DNA of 64,000 nucleotides from Raja brachyura (lineage: Eukaryota): NCBI GenBank assembly GCA_963514005.1, contig OY740798.1, positions 51,646,001-51,710,000 of the forward strand, in the 5' to 3' direction. The notes under the pieces are model-generated. The model did no database searches, was not told the DNA's origin, and was given only the letters and a program-made list of their open reading frames with translations. Position 1 is the stretch's first letter, and every line of letters starts with the position of its first letter. The position numbers and the translations under genes are program-made. This document shows positions 11,719 through 22,072 of this stretch, piece by piece.

Positions 11719-14700
11719 TCATTTCGGAGTCACGTGAGTGACTTCGTGAAGAGCCCGCCGGCGCGCATGCTCGACATATCGTCGTACCGCGTTGCTGCGA
11801 CGGCTGGCGGTGGAGCGCGCTCCTCGCCAGCCCTTCAGAAGGGGCCACGGAGGTAAGTATTCTACCTTTAGTTGGTGGTCCTTGTTGTTGGTTTTGTCTT
11901 GCAGCAAGGACATGGATGGGAGTTCCAAGGGCCGGAGGACGTCAGGACGAGTTCGCCGGTCAACAGTTCCGGGGCCTTTACCATCGGCAGTACCTGCATC
12001 GCAGGCCGGGACTCAGGCGGAGATGTGGGTAAGCCCTGTGTTTACAGGTCCAGATCCGCCAGCACACCACAGCTCGGAGGAGTTCGACGAGGAGGAGTGT
12101 GGTGTGCCGCCAGAGCAGGGGGACCCTGCCATGGCAGTCAGGTCGTCAGCGGGCTCGCTGGCGACCTCGAGCTGGGTGCGTGCGGCTGCACGGCCTGTTC
12201 CACTCCGAGAAGGGGAAGGGCAGGAGCCCAGAAGCCTAACCCTACCAGGGCTAAGGCATTGCCTGACACGGAGGAGCGGTCAGGTTCCAGGGAAAGACCC
12301 GGGGCGGCTGTGAGGTCCAGCCGGCACGCCCCGACTCTCGACGCCGGGACGGGTCGGTCGAGTCGGGTCTCGTCACGGTCGCCGAGCCCCCCATGGATGG
12401 GTGGGCGAGACCATGCGTCGGCAACGTCCACGATGTGGGCAGCCGGCAAGACTGCGCGGGCCCCAGGCAGCCATGCTTCGGCTGGTGCCGACACCTCGCC
12501 GCAAGTGCCCTTAGTGGCAGCGGCTTCAGCTCCCGCTAAACGGAGGCGGTTGAACACGCCCGCGCAGGAATCGCGCAGTTCGCCTCGGCGGCTGTTAGCG
12601 ACAACTACCGGCACCGGCAGGGCCTCGACGAGGTGCGGGCCGATGACAGGAGCCCGGTTTTCTTTTCAGAGCCGGAGGACTCCGACCACCTGAGTGTTCA
12701 GGGTGAAGGGCGTATTGACCGTATGGAGCGGCTGCTGGAGCTCCTGCTTCAACGTCAACAACAGCAGGGCAGCAACAGGCACAGGGCGTCTTCACAAACA
12801 TCTACCATCAGCCTGGAGCAGCAGGAAGAAGTCCTCATCCAGGCAATGAGCCGTCACAAGGCTCCATCCAATTGCAACTCCCTCAACGTGCCTGTGGTCA
12901 ATACGCCGATATGGGGCAACATCAGTGCGGCTATCCGTCAACAGGAGGTAAAACTGCAGCGGATCCTGAAGCTCCTCACGGCCGGTATTACCGCCTTTGT
13001 GCGGTCGGTGGACGGGGACGAATTGAATTTGGACCAGGGAGATGCCCTGGCCCTCCTGTGCGCGACCCAGCACGAAATTAACGGGTTTCGCAAAACCAGC
13101 ATCCGCCCAGCGCTCAATCCAAAGTTTGCAGGAGTGTGCAAACCACCGCCGCCGCCCCCGCCCCGTCAGCTCTTTGGGAAGGACCTCTCGAAGAGAGTCA
13201 AAGAGCTTGACGAGCAAGCCAAAACGGTGGGGATCATGCGCCCTCAGAGTGCCCCCACACCGTCAGGCTCAAAGTCTCCATACATTCGATCACGAGGGTC
13301 TGCCAGTACCTCGACGAGGACCCAGCCTCAAGCTCCACAACGACAGCAACATCAGACCCAGCACCAGGGGTCTTTTTTAGGACAGGGTCGGCAGAGACCC
13401 TGGTGGAAAACGAAGACGCAGCGCCCTCAAGCCAACCCAGCACCTCCACGTCCACACACGCGTGTCAAGGACCGCCGGTAACCACGGAGGTGAGGGGGTC
13501 TGGTTCTCTCTTTTCTCTCTGTTTAACTTCACATGTTGGTGGTCACCTTCGGTGGTTTTTTGGGTGCATGAGGTAATTTCACTGGTGACGAGTATGTGTT
13601 GCAGAATATTCAGGGGCATAAAATTGAGTTTATTAATGGCGACATTCCTCCATCCCAGCACATGCCCGCTCGAACATTTAAAATTATCTGCTGCAGAACA
13701 GGCAGCCGGCTATAAGGAATTGTTAAGTCTTGAGCAAAGGAGTGATTAAGAGAGTGGTGCATGAGCCAGTTGAATTTGTTTCGAACATATTCACCAGACC
13801 TAAGAAGGATGGAAGTTGTCGTGTCATTATTGATCTAACCCGTTTGAATACTTTTGTAACATATTCTCATTTTAAAATGGATACGATGAAACAACCAAAT
13901 CATTGATTTCTCATGGTTGTTTTATGGCATGCATCGGTTTAAAAGACGCATATTATTCCGTATCCGTCCAGAAATGTGACAGAAGGTTTTAAAAATTCAT
14001 CTGGATGGGGCAACTCTGGCAGTACAAGGCTTTGCCTAATGAGCTCACCACAGCCCTAGATTGTTCACTAAATTAGTGAAGCCAATTATGGCTTATTTGA
14101 GACAACGACACCATATAGTATGGCCTATTTAGATGATGTCTTAATTGTGGGCCACACCCTGGAATTGGCTGAGCAGGGTGTTGCAGCTGCTGTCAATATA
14201 TTTCAACAATTGGGGTTTATTGTCCATCCAGAGAAATCAAAGTTCTACCCTGCCCAGGTGATTAATTACCTAGGGTTCACGGTGAACTCTATAAGCATGA
14301 GGGTTACCATTCCAATTAACAAGATTGAGGAGGTTACCCAGGTGTGTCAAGATTTAATCCGCACCAATATACCATCGATTCGGCACTTAGCTACAATAAT
14401 TGGGAAGCTGGTAGCTTTGTTTTCGGCAGCGCGATATGGACCTTTGCATTATCAGAATTTGCAAAGAGCTAAAATTGCTGCGTTAAAACAGAACGTTGGT
14501 TATTATGATCGGTCCATGCAGCTGCCGCCCGAAGCGATAAATGAGTTGCAATGGTGGGTGTGTCACATTAGCAACTCATTCAAGCCTATTAGGGAGGCTA
14601 ATCCGGTGGTATATTTGCAAACTGATGCAAGCTCCAATGGTTGGGGATCCACGAATAATTGCTCTAGTTGTGGTGGCAGATGGGACACCCTTGAATCAAC

Positions 14701-16858
14701 GATGTTGTTAGCTCAAGGGATTAACTATTTGGAGTTGCTGGCAGCATTCCACGGACTTCGTGCGTATTGTTCTAAGCTTGTGGAGCACATGTCCGTCTCC
14801 AAATAGACAACACCACAGCAGTAGCATATTTAAACCATATGGGTGGTACCAGGCCTGTTTCGTGTGACAAATTGGCAAACTCAATTTGGCTCTGGTGTGT
14901 TCAAAGAGACATTTGGATTTCAGCTACCTATTTGCCAGGTGAGCTTAATACTGTGGCGGACACCAGGTCACGCAAATTTAATGACAACATTGAATGGATG
15001 TTGCATCCTGAGATCTTTTCTAAAGTCACAGCCAAATTTGGTAAACCGGACATTGACCTCTTTGCGTCACGGTGGAACCATCAGGTACCAACCTACGTTT
15101 CATGGGAACCAGATCCTGGGGCAATAGCGCTAGATGCATTCTCGCTGGACTGGGGGAAGTGGTTTTTCTATGCCTTCCCCCCATTTTGCCTCATCAGTCG
15201 GGTATTGGGAAAGATTCAGGCAGATGCTGCCAAGGGCATCCTTATTATACCCGACTGGCCCACACAGCCTTGGTATCCGGTGGTCTTTGACATGCTCAAC
15301 GAACCTTGGGTCCTTTTGAAGGGTTGCCCACAATTGGTTACTCACCCTGTGTCAGGGGAGCCGCATCCCTGCCATGGCTATTTAAATTTGTTGGCTTGCA
15401 GGTTCTGAACAGGCCGTTAGTCCAATACGGCCTCTCGGCTCGGACCATGGATACCACCGGGGCGTCGTGTCGAGAGTCTACAAGGCGAAGATACCGCTCG
15501 CATATTAAGAAGTGGGAAGCCTACTGCAGCCGCTCTCGCATCACGTACGATGACGTGACAACAACCGACGTCCTGGAATTCCTCGCGGGGTTGCACCATG
15601 ATGAACACTTAAGTTACAGTGCCATCAACAGCGCCAGAAGTGCGCTATCATTCTACCTCAGTTTGGAGGTAGGATCCAACAGGCTAGTGTCCAGACTCAT
15701 GCGGGGTATATTCAATATGAATCCGCCTACACCACGCTATAATATCACCTGGGATGTCAGGGACGTATTAACCCTGCTCAGGACGTGGTCACCCATGGAA
15801 GGGCTCCAACTGGACCAACGCACCATGAAGCTGGTGATGTTACTAGCGCTGACTTCAGCTCAGAGGGTACAGACACTACACAAACTTCGTGTCGACAGAA
15901 TGACGTCTACCCCCACAGAAGTAGTCTTTTTCATTGACGAGCTACTAAAGCAGCATAGACCTGGGTGCACAGGGCTGCAGCTGAAGTTCCCGGCATACCC
16001 CGCAGATGCTAGGCTATGTGTAGCCTCACATATCCGCCACTATGTCAAGGTGACGGCACGCATCAGAGGAATGGAGCGATACCTGCTTGTCACTCATAAG
16101 AGACCTCATCATCGAGTGACAGTCCAGACGATATCCATGTGGCTTCCAGTCGTTTTGGGTAAGTCAGGTATCGACACTAATGTGTTCAAGTCTCTTTCCA
16201 ACAGGGCTGCATCGACGTCATCGGCGAGGGTCATGGAGGTGCCCATGGACAAAATTCTCGCTACAGCAGGATGGGCTAATGAAGCTGTGTTCCAGCGTTT
16301 TTATAACAAGCCTGTTGCTGCTCCTCTACAGTTTACAGAAGCCGTGCTGAATGCAGGTCACGAACGTGGAGATGTCCCCGCATGAGGGGTTTTGATTTGT
16401 TATTAATAACTCTGCTCTTGTTTTGCAGTATGAACTATTGAGCAAGTTTGTTCCTCCCATCCATCCCTGGTAGTGGTGTGTCAGCATGGACGTGGTCCAG
16501 GGCGTGTAATCACAGAAGCTTTGAAGTCTTCACGAAGTCACTCACGTGACTCCGAAATGAAATAGTAAGATTGAACGAGAACTTACCAGTTCGAAGGTTG
16601 ATCATTATTTCATGAGGAGTCGAAGTGAGGGATTTCGTGCCCTCCTCGCCCAACCCTCAATCACCTTCATCTGGTAATCTTAGTCACTTCAATCTTACTA
16701 TGCGAAGTCATTTCTTTGTTGGTTTCTGTGATTCCACGCCGCTACTTTGAAGTATGTCGAGCATGCGCGCCGGCGGGCTCTTCACGAAATCCCTCACTTC
16801 GACTCCTCATGAAATAATGATCAACCTTCGAACTGGTAAGTTCTCGTTCAATCTTACT
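11719..16858 (+). mobile_element. DIRS1-type tyrosine-recombinase retrotransposon, copy A (degenerate)
   Basis: Left ITR from 11719; right ITR plus extension at 16753-16858; internal complementary region at about 16527-16639. The gag, RT (YLDD), RNaseH, MT (DLFAS, YAFPPF) and YR ORFs are recognisable but frameshifted. gag lacks about 50 aa relative to copy B, and the YR motif HSTR has become LSNR. ATT flanks both ends. Confidence 0.95.
15402..16385 (+). CDS. Tyrosine recombinase of DIRS copy A (catalytic His altered)
   Basis: SAQRVQTL, LLKQHRP, AGW and FQRFY motifs are present; the HxxR motif reads LSNR. Confidence 0.85.
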   Translation, partial: VLNRPLVQYGLSARTMDTTGASCRESTRRRYRSHIKKWEAYCSRSRITYDDVTTTDVLEFLAGLHHDEHLSYSAINSARSALSFYLSLEVGSNRLVSRLMRGIFNMNPPTPRYNITWDVRDVLTLLRTWSPMEGLQLDQRTMKLVMLLALTSAQRVQTLHKLRVDRMTSTPTEVVFFIDELLKQHRPGCTGLQLKFPAYPADARLCVASHIRHYVKVTARIRGMERYLLVTHKRPHHRVTVQTISMWLPVVLGKSGIDTNVFKSLSNRAASTSSARVMEVPMDKILATAGWANEAVFQRFYNKPVAAPLQFTEAVLNAGHERGDVPA

Positions 16859-17430
16859 ATTACTCTGGAACCAACCAAACAGGACACTAAGAATGGTTGC
16901 TATTCTCGTTTATCCAAGTGGAAATTCACACCAGCTGCTGATGACCATGGAAGAGAATAGTAAGATTGAACGAGAACTTACCAGTTCGAAGGTTGATCAT
17001 TATTTCATGAGGAGTCGAAGTGAGGGATTTCGTGAAGAGCCCGCCGGCGCGCATGCTCGACATACTTCAAAGTAGCGGCGTGGAATCACAGAAACCAATC
17101 AAGAAATGACTTCACATAGTAAGAATGAAACGACTAAGATTACCAGCTGAAGGTGATTGAGGGTTGGGCGAGGAGGGCACGAAATCCCTCACTTCGACTC
17201 CTCATGAAATAATGATCAACCTTCGAACTGGTAAGTTCTCGTTCAATCTTACTATTTCATTTCGGAGTCACGTGAGTGACTTCGTGAAGACTTCAAAGCT
17301 TCTGTGATGACACGCCCTGGACCACGTCCATGCTGTCACACCACTACCAGGGATGGATGGGAGGAATAACTTGCTGACTAGTCCATACTGCAAAACAAAG
17401 CATATTTATTAACAAACAAATCAAAACCCC

Positions 17431-18420
17431 TCATTCGGGGACATCTCCACGTTCTTGCCCCGCATCTAGCACGGCTTCTGCGAACTGTAGAGGCGCAGCA
17501 ACGGGCCGGTTGTAAAACCGCTGGAACACCGTCTCATTAGCCCATCCTGCTGTGGCGAGAATATGGTCCATGGGCACCTCCATGACCCTCGCCGCCGACG
17601 TCGATGCAGCCCTGGTGGAATGAGATTTGAACACATTAGTGTCGATACCTGACTTACCCAAGACGACTCGAAGCCACCTGGATATCGTCTGTGTTGTCAC
17701 TCGATGGTGAGGTCTCTTATGAGTGACAAGCAGGTATCTCTCCATTCCTCTGATGCTTGCCGTCACCTTGACGTAGTAACGGATATGGGAGGCTAAGCAT
17801 AGCCTAGCATCGGCGGGGTATGCCGGGAACTTCAGCTGCAGCCCTGTGCACCCAGGTCTGTGTTGCTTCAGTAGTTCGTCAACAAAGAAAACTACTTCTG
17901 TGGGGGTAGACATCATTCTGTCGACACGTAGTTTGTGGAGTGTCTGTACCCTCTGTGCTGAAGTCAGCGCTAGTAACATCACCAGCTTCATGGTGAGTTT
18001 GTCCAGCTGGAGCCCTTCCATGGGGGACCACGTCCTGAGCAGAGATAAAACGTCCCTGACATCCCAGGTGATACTGTAACGTGGTGTAGGCGGATTCGTA
18101 TTGAAAATACCCCGCATGAGCCTGGACACTAGCCTGTTGGATCCCACCTCAATATTGAGGTGGAATGATAGAGCGCTCCTGGCGCTGTTGATGGCACTGT
18201 AGCTTAAGTGTTCATCATGGTGCAACCCCGCGAGGAATTCCAGGACGTCGGTTATAGTCACGGCATCGTACGTGATGCGAGAGCGGCTGCAGAAGGCTTC
18301 CCACTTCCTGATGTGAGAGCGGTATCTTCGCCTTGTAGACTCTCGGCACGACGCCGCAATGGTATCCATGGTCCGGGTAGAAAGGCCGTATTGTTCTAAA
18401 GGCCGATTCAGAATCTGCAA
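17431..18420 (-). CDS. DIRS tyrosine recombinase (YR)
   Basis: Complete catalytic set: R (SAQR), K (LLKQ), HSTR, AGW, Y (FQRFY). Confidence 0.95.
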   Translation of the reverse strand: MQILNRPLEQYGLSTRTMDTIAASCRESTRRRYRSHIRKWEAFCSRSRITYDAVTITDVLEFLAGLHHDEHLSYSAINSARSALSFHLNIEVGSNRLVSRLMRGIFNTNPPTPRYSITWDVRDVLSLLRTWSPMEGLQLDKLTMKLVMLLALTSAQRVQTLHKLRVDRMMSTPTEVVFFVDELLKQHRPGCTGLQLKFPAYPADARLCLASHIRYYVKVTASIRGMERYLLVTHKRPHHRVTTQTISRWLRVVLGKSGIDTNVFKSHSTRAASTSAARVMEVPMDHILATAGWANETVFQRFYNRPVAAPLQFAEAVLDAGQERGDVPE

Positions 18421-20417
18421 GCCAACAAATTTAAATAGCCATGGCAGGGATGTGGCTCCCCTGAAACAGGGTGAGTAACTAATTCTGGGCTACCCTGCAA
18501 ACGGACCCAAGGTTCACTGAGCGTGTCAAAGACCATCGGATACCATGGCTGTGTAGGCCAGTCGGGTATGATAAGGATGCCCTTGGCACCGTCCATCTGA
18601 ATTTTACGTAATACCCGACTGATGAGGCAAAACGGGGGGAATGCATAGAAAAAGCAATTCCCCCAGTCTAGCGAGAATGCATCTAACGCTATAGCCCCAG
18701 GATCTGGTTCCCACGCGACGTAGGTTGGTACCTGATGGTTCAACCGGGACGCAAAAAGGTCAATGTCCGGTTTCCCAAATTTGGCTGTGATTTTTGCAAA
18801 AATTTCAGGATGTAACATCCATTCAATATTATCATTGAACTTGCGTGACCTGGCGTCCGCCACAATATTAAGCTCACCTGGCAAATAGGTAGCTGAAATC
18901 CAAATGTCTCTCTTGACACACCAGAGCCAAATTGAATTAGCCAATTTATCACATGAAACTGACCTGGTACCGCCCATGTGGTTTAAATATGCCACCGCTG
19001 TGGTATTGTCTATTTGGAGCCGGACATGTGCTCCAATGATCTTGGAACAATATGCACGAAGTCCGTGAAACGCTGCAAGCAGCTCCAAATAGTTGATCCC
19101 TTGTGATACCAACATCGTATTCTCAAGGGTATCCCATCGGCCCCCACAACTAGAGAATTGATTCGTAGCTCCCCAGCCATCAGAGCTCGCATCAGTTTGT
19201 AAGTATATCATCGGTTTCGCCTCAATAATAGTTTTGAACGAGTTACTAATGTGGCAAACCCACCATCGTAATTCATCCAATGCTGCAGGCGGCAGCCGCA
19301 TTGATCGATCATAATGACCAGCATGCCGTCGCAACGCAGCGATCTTGGCTCTCTGCAAGTTTTGATAATGCAGAGGTCCATACCGGGCTGCCGGAAACAA
19401 AGCCACAATCTTGCCAATGACAGTAGCTGAGTGACGAATCGATGGTATACGAGTATTAATCAAGTCTGTACACACCTGTGTTACCTCCTCAATTTTGTTA
19501 ATTGGTATGGTGACTCTCATGCTAATGGAATTCACCTGGAACCCCAGATAATTAATTACCTGGGTGGGGCAGAACTTAGATTTTTCTGGATGAACAATGA
19601 ACCCAAGCTGTTGGAACAAATTGACCGCAGCTGCAACCCCTTGTTGTGCTAATTCCAAGGTGTGGCCGACAATTAAAATATCATCTAAATAGGCCATAAC
19701 AATATGATGTCTTTGTCTTAAATAAGCCATAATTGGCTTCACCAATTTAGTAAATAAGCGAGGGGCTGTGGTGAGCCCATTAGGCAACGCCCTATATTGC
19801 CACAGCTGATCCATCCAGATAAATTTTAAGAACCTTCTGTAATATTTTTTCATAGGTACGGTATAGTACGCATCCTGTAAATCGATGCATGCCATAAAGC
19901 ACCCTTGTGAAATCAATGATTTGGCCGTTTCAAACGTGTCCATTTTAAAATGAGTATATGTTACAAAGTTATTCAGAGTGGTTAGATCAATAATGACTCT
20001 ACAGCCTCCATCCTTCTTAGGTCTAGTAAAAATATTGGAAACAAATTCAACGGGCTCATGAACCGTTCTCTCTATGACCCCTTTCTGTTCCAACCTTAAA
20101 ATTTCCTTATAGCCAACTGACTGTTCCGCAGCCGTTAGTTTGAAAGTACGACCCGGTCTATGCTGAGGTGGAGGGATGTCCCCATTAATAAACTCAATAC
20201 TATGGCCCTGAATATTCCGTAACACATACTCATCGCTGGTAATGTCACCCCATGCACCCGCAAACAACCGCAAACGCCCACCAACATGTGGAGTTAAACA
20301 AAGAGAAAAAAGAGAACCAGATCGCCTCACCTCTGTGGTTACCGGCGGTCCCTGACACGGGTGGGTGGTCGTGGAGGTGCTGGGTTGGTTTGAGGTCGTG
20401 GCGTCCTCATTTTCCAC
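18408..20417 (-). CDS. DIRS pol: reverse transcriptase + RNase H + DNA N6-adenine methyltransferase-like domain
   Basis: PKKDGGCRVIIDL, IDLQDAY, LPNGL and YLDD (RT); TDAS, NYLELLA, DNTTAV and NIVADARSR (RNase H); DIDLFAS and YAFPPF (MT). Confidence 0.96.
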   Translation of the reverse strand: MENEDATTSNQPSTSTTTHPCQGPPVTTEVRRSGSLFSLCLTPHVGGRLRLFAGAWGDITSDEYVLRNIQGHSIEFINGDIPPPQHRPGRTFKLTAAEQSVGYKEILRLEQKGVIERTVHEPVEFVSNIFTRPKKDGGCRVIIDLTTLNNFVTYTHFKMDTFETAKSLISQGCFMACIDLQDAYYTVPMKKYYRRFLKFIWMDQLWQYRALPNGLTTAPRLFTKLVKPIMAYLRQRHHIVMAYLDDILIVGHTLELAQQGVAAAVNLFQQLGFIVHPEKSKFCPTQVINYLGFQVNSISMRVTIPINKIEEVTQVCTDLINTRIPSIRHSATVIGKIVALFPAARYGPLHYQNLQRAKIAALRRHAGHYDRSMRLPPAALDELRWWVCHISNSFKTIIEAKPMIYLQTDASSDGWGATNQFSSCGGRWDTLENTMLVSQGINYLELLAAFHGLRAYCSKIIGAHVRLQIDNTTAVAYLNHMGGTRSVSCDKLANSIWLWCVKRDIWISATYLPGELNIVADARSRKFNDNIEWMLHPEIFAKITAKFGKPDIDLFASRLNHQVPTYVAWEPDPGAIALDAFSLDWGNCFFYAFPPFCLISRVLRKIQMDGAKGILIIPDWPTQPWYPMVFDTLSEPWVRLQGSPELVTHPVSGEPHPCHGYLNLLACRF

Positions 20418-22072
20418 CTCGGCTTCTGCCGAGCCTGTCCTAAAAAAGACCCCTGGGGTTGGGGTGGCTGATATCGGTTTGGAGCTGGAGGGTAATTCCT
20501 GGTGGAAGTGCTGACAAACCCTCGTGAACGGCCAAGTGGGGCTTTCGAGCTTGATGGCGTGGGGGCACTGTGAGAGCGCATGAGCCCCACGGTCTTGGCT
20601 TGTTCATCCAGCTCTCTGACCCTTTTGGAGAGGTCTTCGCCAAAGAGCTGACGGGGCGGCGGCGGCGGCGGTGGTTTGCACAACCCTGCAAACTTAGGGT
20701 TGAGCGCTGGGCGGATGCTGTGTTTGCGAAAGCCGTTTATTTCGTTTTGAGTAGCGCACAGAAGCGCCAGAGCATCCTCCTGGTCCAAATTAAGCTCCTC
20801 TCCGTCGACCGACCGCACAAAGGCAGTAATCCCGGCCATGAGGAGTTTCAGGATCCGCTGAATTTTCAGCTCCTGCTGACGGATAGCCGCACTGATGTTG
20901 CCCCATATTGGCGTATTGACCACAGGCACGTTCAGGGAATTGCAGTTTGATGGAGCCTTGTGGCGGCTCATGGCTTGTAGCAGGACTTCCTCCTGAAGCT
21001 GGTGATTATTTAGGAAGTCCACTGTGGCTGCCAACTTCGTATTGATGGGAAGCCCCAACGAATGAGGGGCTGCAAATTTGGTAGCCACATCGAGGAGGTC
21101 CTCCGCCGGTAATTCAGGCGGGGGTGGGATGGGGTCAACCACGGCCTCCTCGTCCTGCTGCTCCAGGCTGGTGTACGAAGCTGGTGATGAAGCCCTGTGC
21201 CTGTCGCTGCTGGATGCCTGTTGTTGTTGACCTTGTAGGAGAAGCTCCAGCAGCCGCTCCATCCGGTCAATACGCCCTTCACCCTGAACACTCAGGTGGT
21301 CGGAGTCCTCCGGCTCTGAAAATTGGCCGGGGCTCCTGTCATCGGCCCGCACCTCGTCGAGGCCCTGCCGGTGCCGGTAGTTGTCGTCGACAGCCGCCGA
21401 GGCGAAACTGCGCGATTCCTGCACGGGCGTGTTCAACCGCCTCCGTTTAGCGGGAGCGGAAGCCGTTGCCTCTATGGACAGGTGCGGCATGGTGTCGGCA
21501 CCAGCCGAAGCCTGGATACCTTGAGCCCGTGCAGGCTTGCCAGCTGCCCACATCGTGGACCTTGCCGACGCATGGTCTCGCCCACCCATCCATGGGGGGC
21601 TCGGCGACCGTGACGGGACCCCCAACTGACTCGTCCCGGCGTCGAAAGTTGGGGGGCGACGGCTGGACCTCACAGCTGCCCCGGGTCCCGTCCTGGAACC
21701 TGACCGCTCCTGGGCGGCAGGCAGAGCCTTAGCCCCGACAGGGTTAGGCGTCTGGGCTCCTGCCCTTCCCCTTCTCAGAGGGCTGCGTGAAACGGGCCGT
21801 GCAGCCGCACGGACCCTTCTGCTCGAAGCCGTCAGCAAGCCTGCTGACGACCTGGCTGCCATGGCAGGGTCGTCCTGCTCTGGCGGCACACCACACTCCT
21901 CCTCGTCGGACTCCTCCGAGCTGTGGTGTGCGGGCGGGTCCGGACCTGAAAAGACAGAGCTCACCGACATCTCCGCCCTCGTTCCGGTCTGCGTTGCAGG
22001 TACCCCCGACAACTCTCGCTCCGGAACCGCTGGCCGGCGACTTCTCCTCGAACTCCGGCCTCTCCCATCCAT
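20339..22072 (-). CDS. DIRS gag-like ORF1
   Basis: Long open frame from the ATG at 22072; low-complexity N-terminus, then PSNCNSLNVPVVNTPIW...IRPALNPKF...LFGEDL. Collinear with the broken ORFs of copy A and overlaps the pol start. Confidence 0.85.
   Translation of the reverse strand: MDGRGRSSRRSRRPAVPERELSGVPATQTGTRAEMSVSSVFSGPDPPAHHSSEESDEEECGVPPEQDDPAMAARSSAGLLTASSRRVRAAARPVSRSPLRRGRAGAQTPNPVGAKALPAAQERSGSRTGPGAAVRSSRRPPTFDAGTSQLGVPSRSPSPPWMGGRDHASARSTMWAAGKPARAQGIQASAGADTMPHLSIEATASAPAKRRRLNTPVQESRSFASAAVDDNYRHRQGLDEVRADDRSPGQFSEPEDSDHLSVQGEGRIDRMERLLELLLQGQQQQASSSDRHRASSPASYTSLEQQDEEAVVDPIPPPPELPAEDLLDVATKFAAPHSLGLPINTKLAATVDFLNNHQLQEEVLLQAMSRHKAPSNCNSLNVPVVNTPIWGNISAAIRQQELKIQRILKLLMAGITAFVRSVDGEELNLDQEDALALLCATQNEINGFRKHSIRPALNPKFAGLCKPPPPPPPRQLFGEDLSKRVRELDEQAKTVGLMRSHSAPTPSSSKAPLGRSRGFVSTSTRNYPPAPNRYQPPQPQGSFLGQARQKPRWKMRTPRPQTNPAPPRPPTRVRDRR

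Noticed and set aside
11503-11856. 117-aa ORF as a stand-alone Ig gene
   Set aside because: It is intron + the first part of exon 4 + read-through into the DIRS left ITR.
16527-17290. Repeat-spacer-like pattern suggesting CRISPR or a novel repeat array
   Set aside because: Fully explained by the ICR and right termini of the two DIRS copies; repeats alternate in orientation, and the context is eukaryotic.
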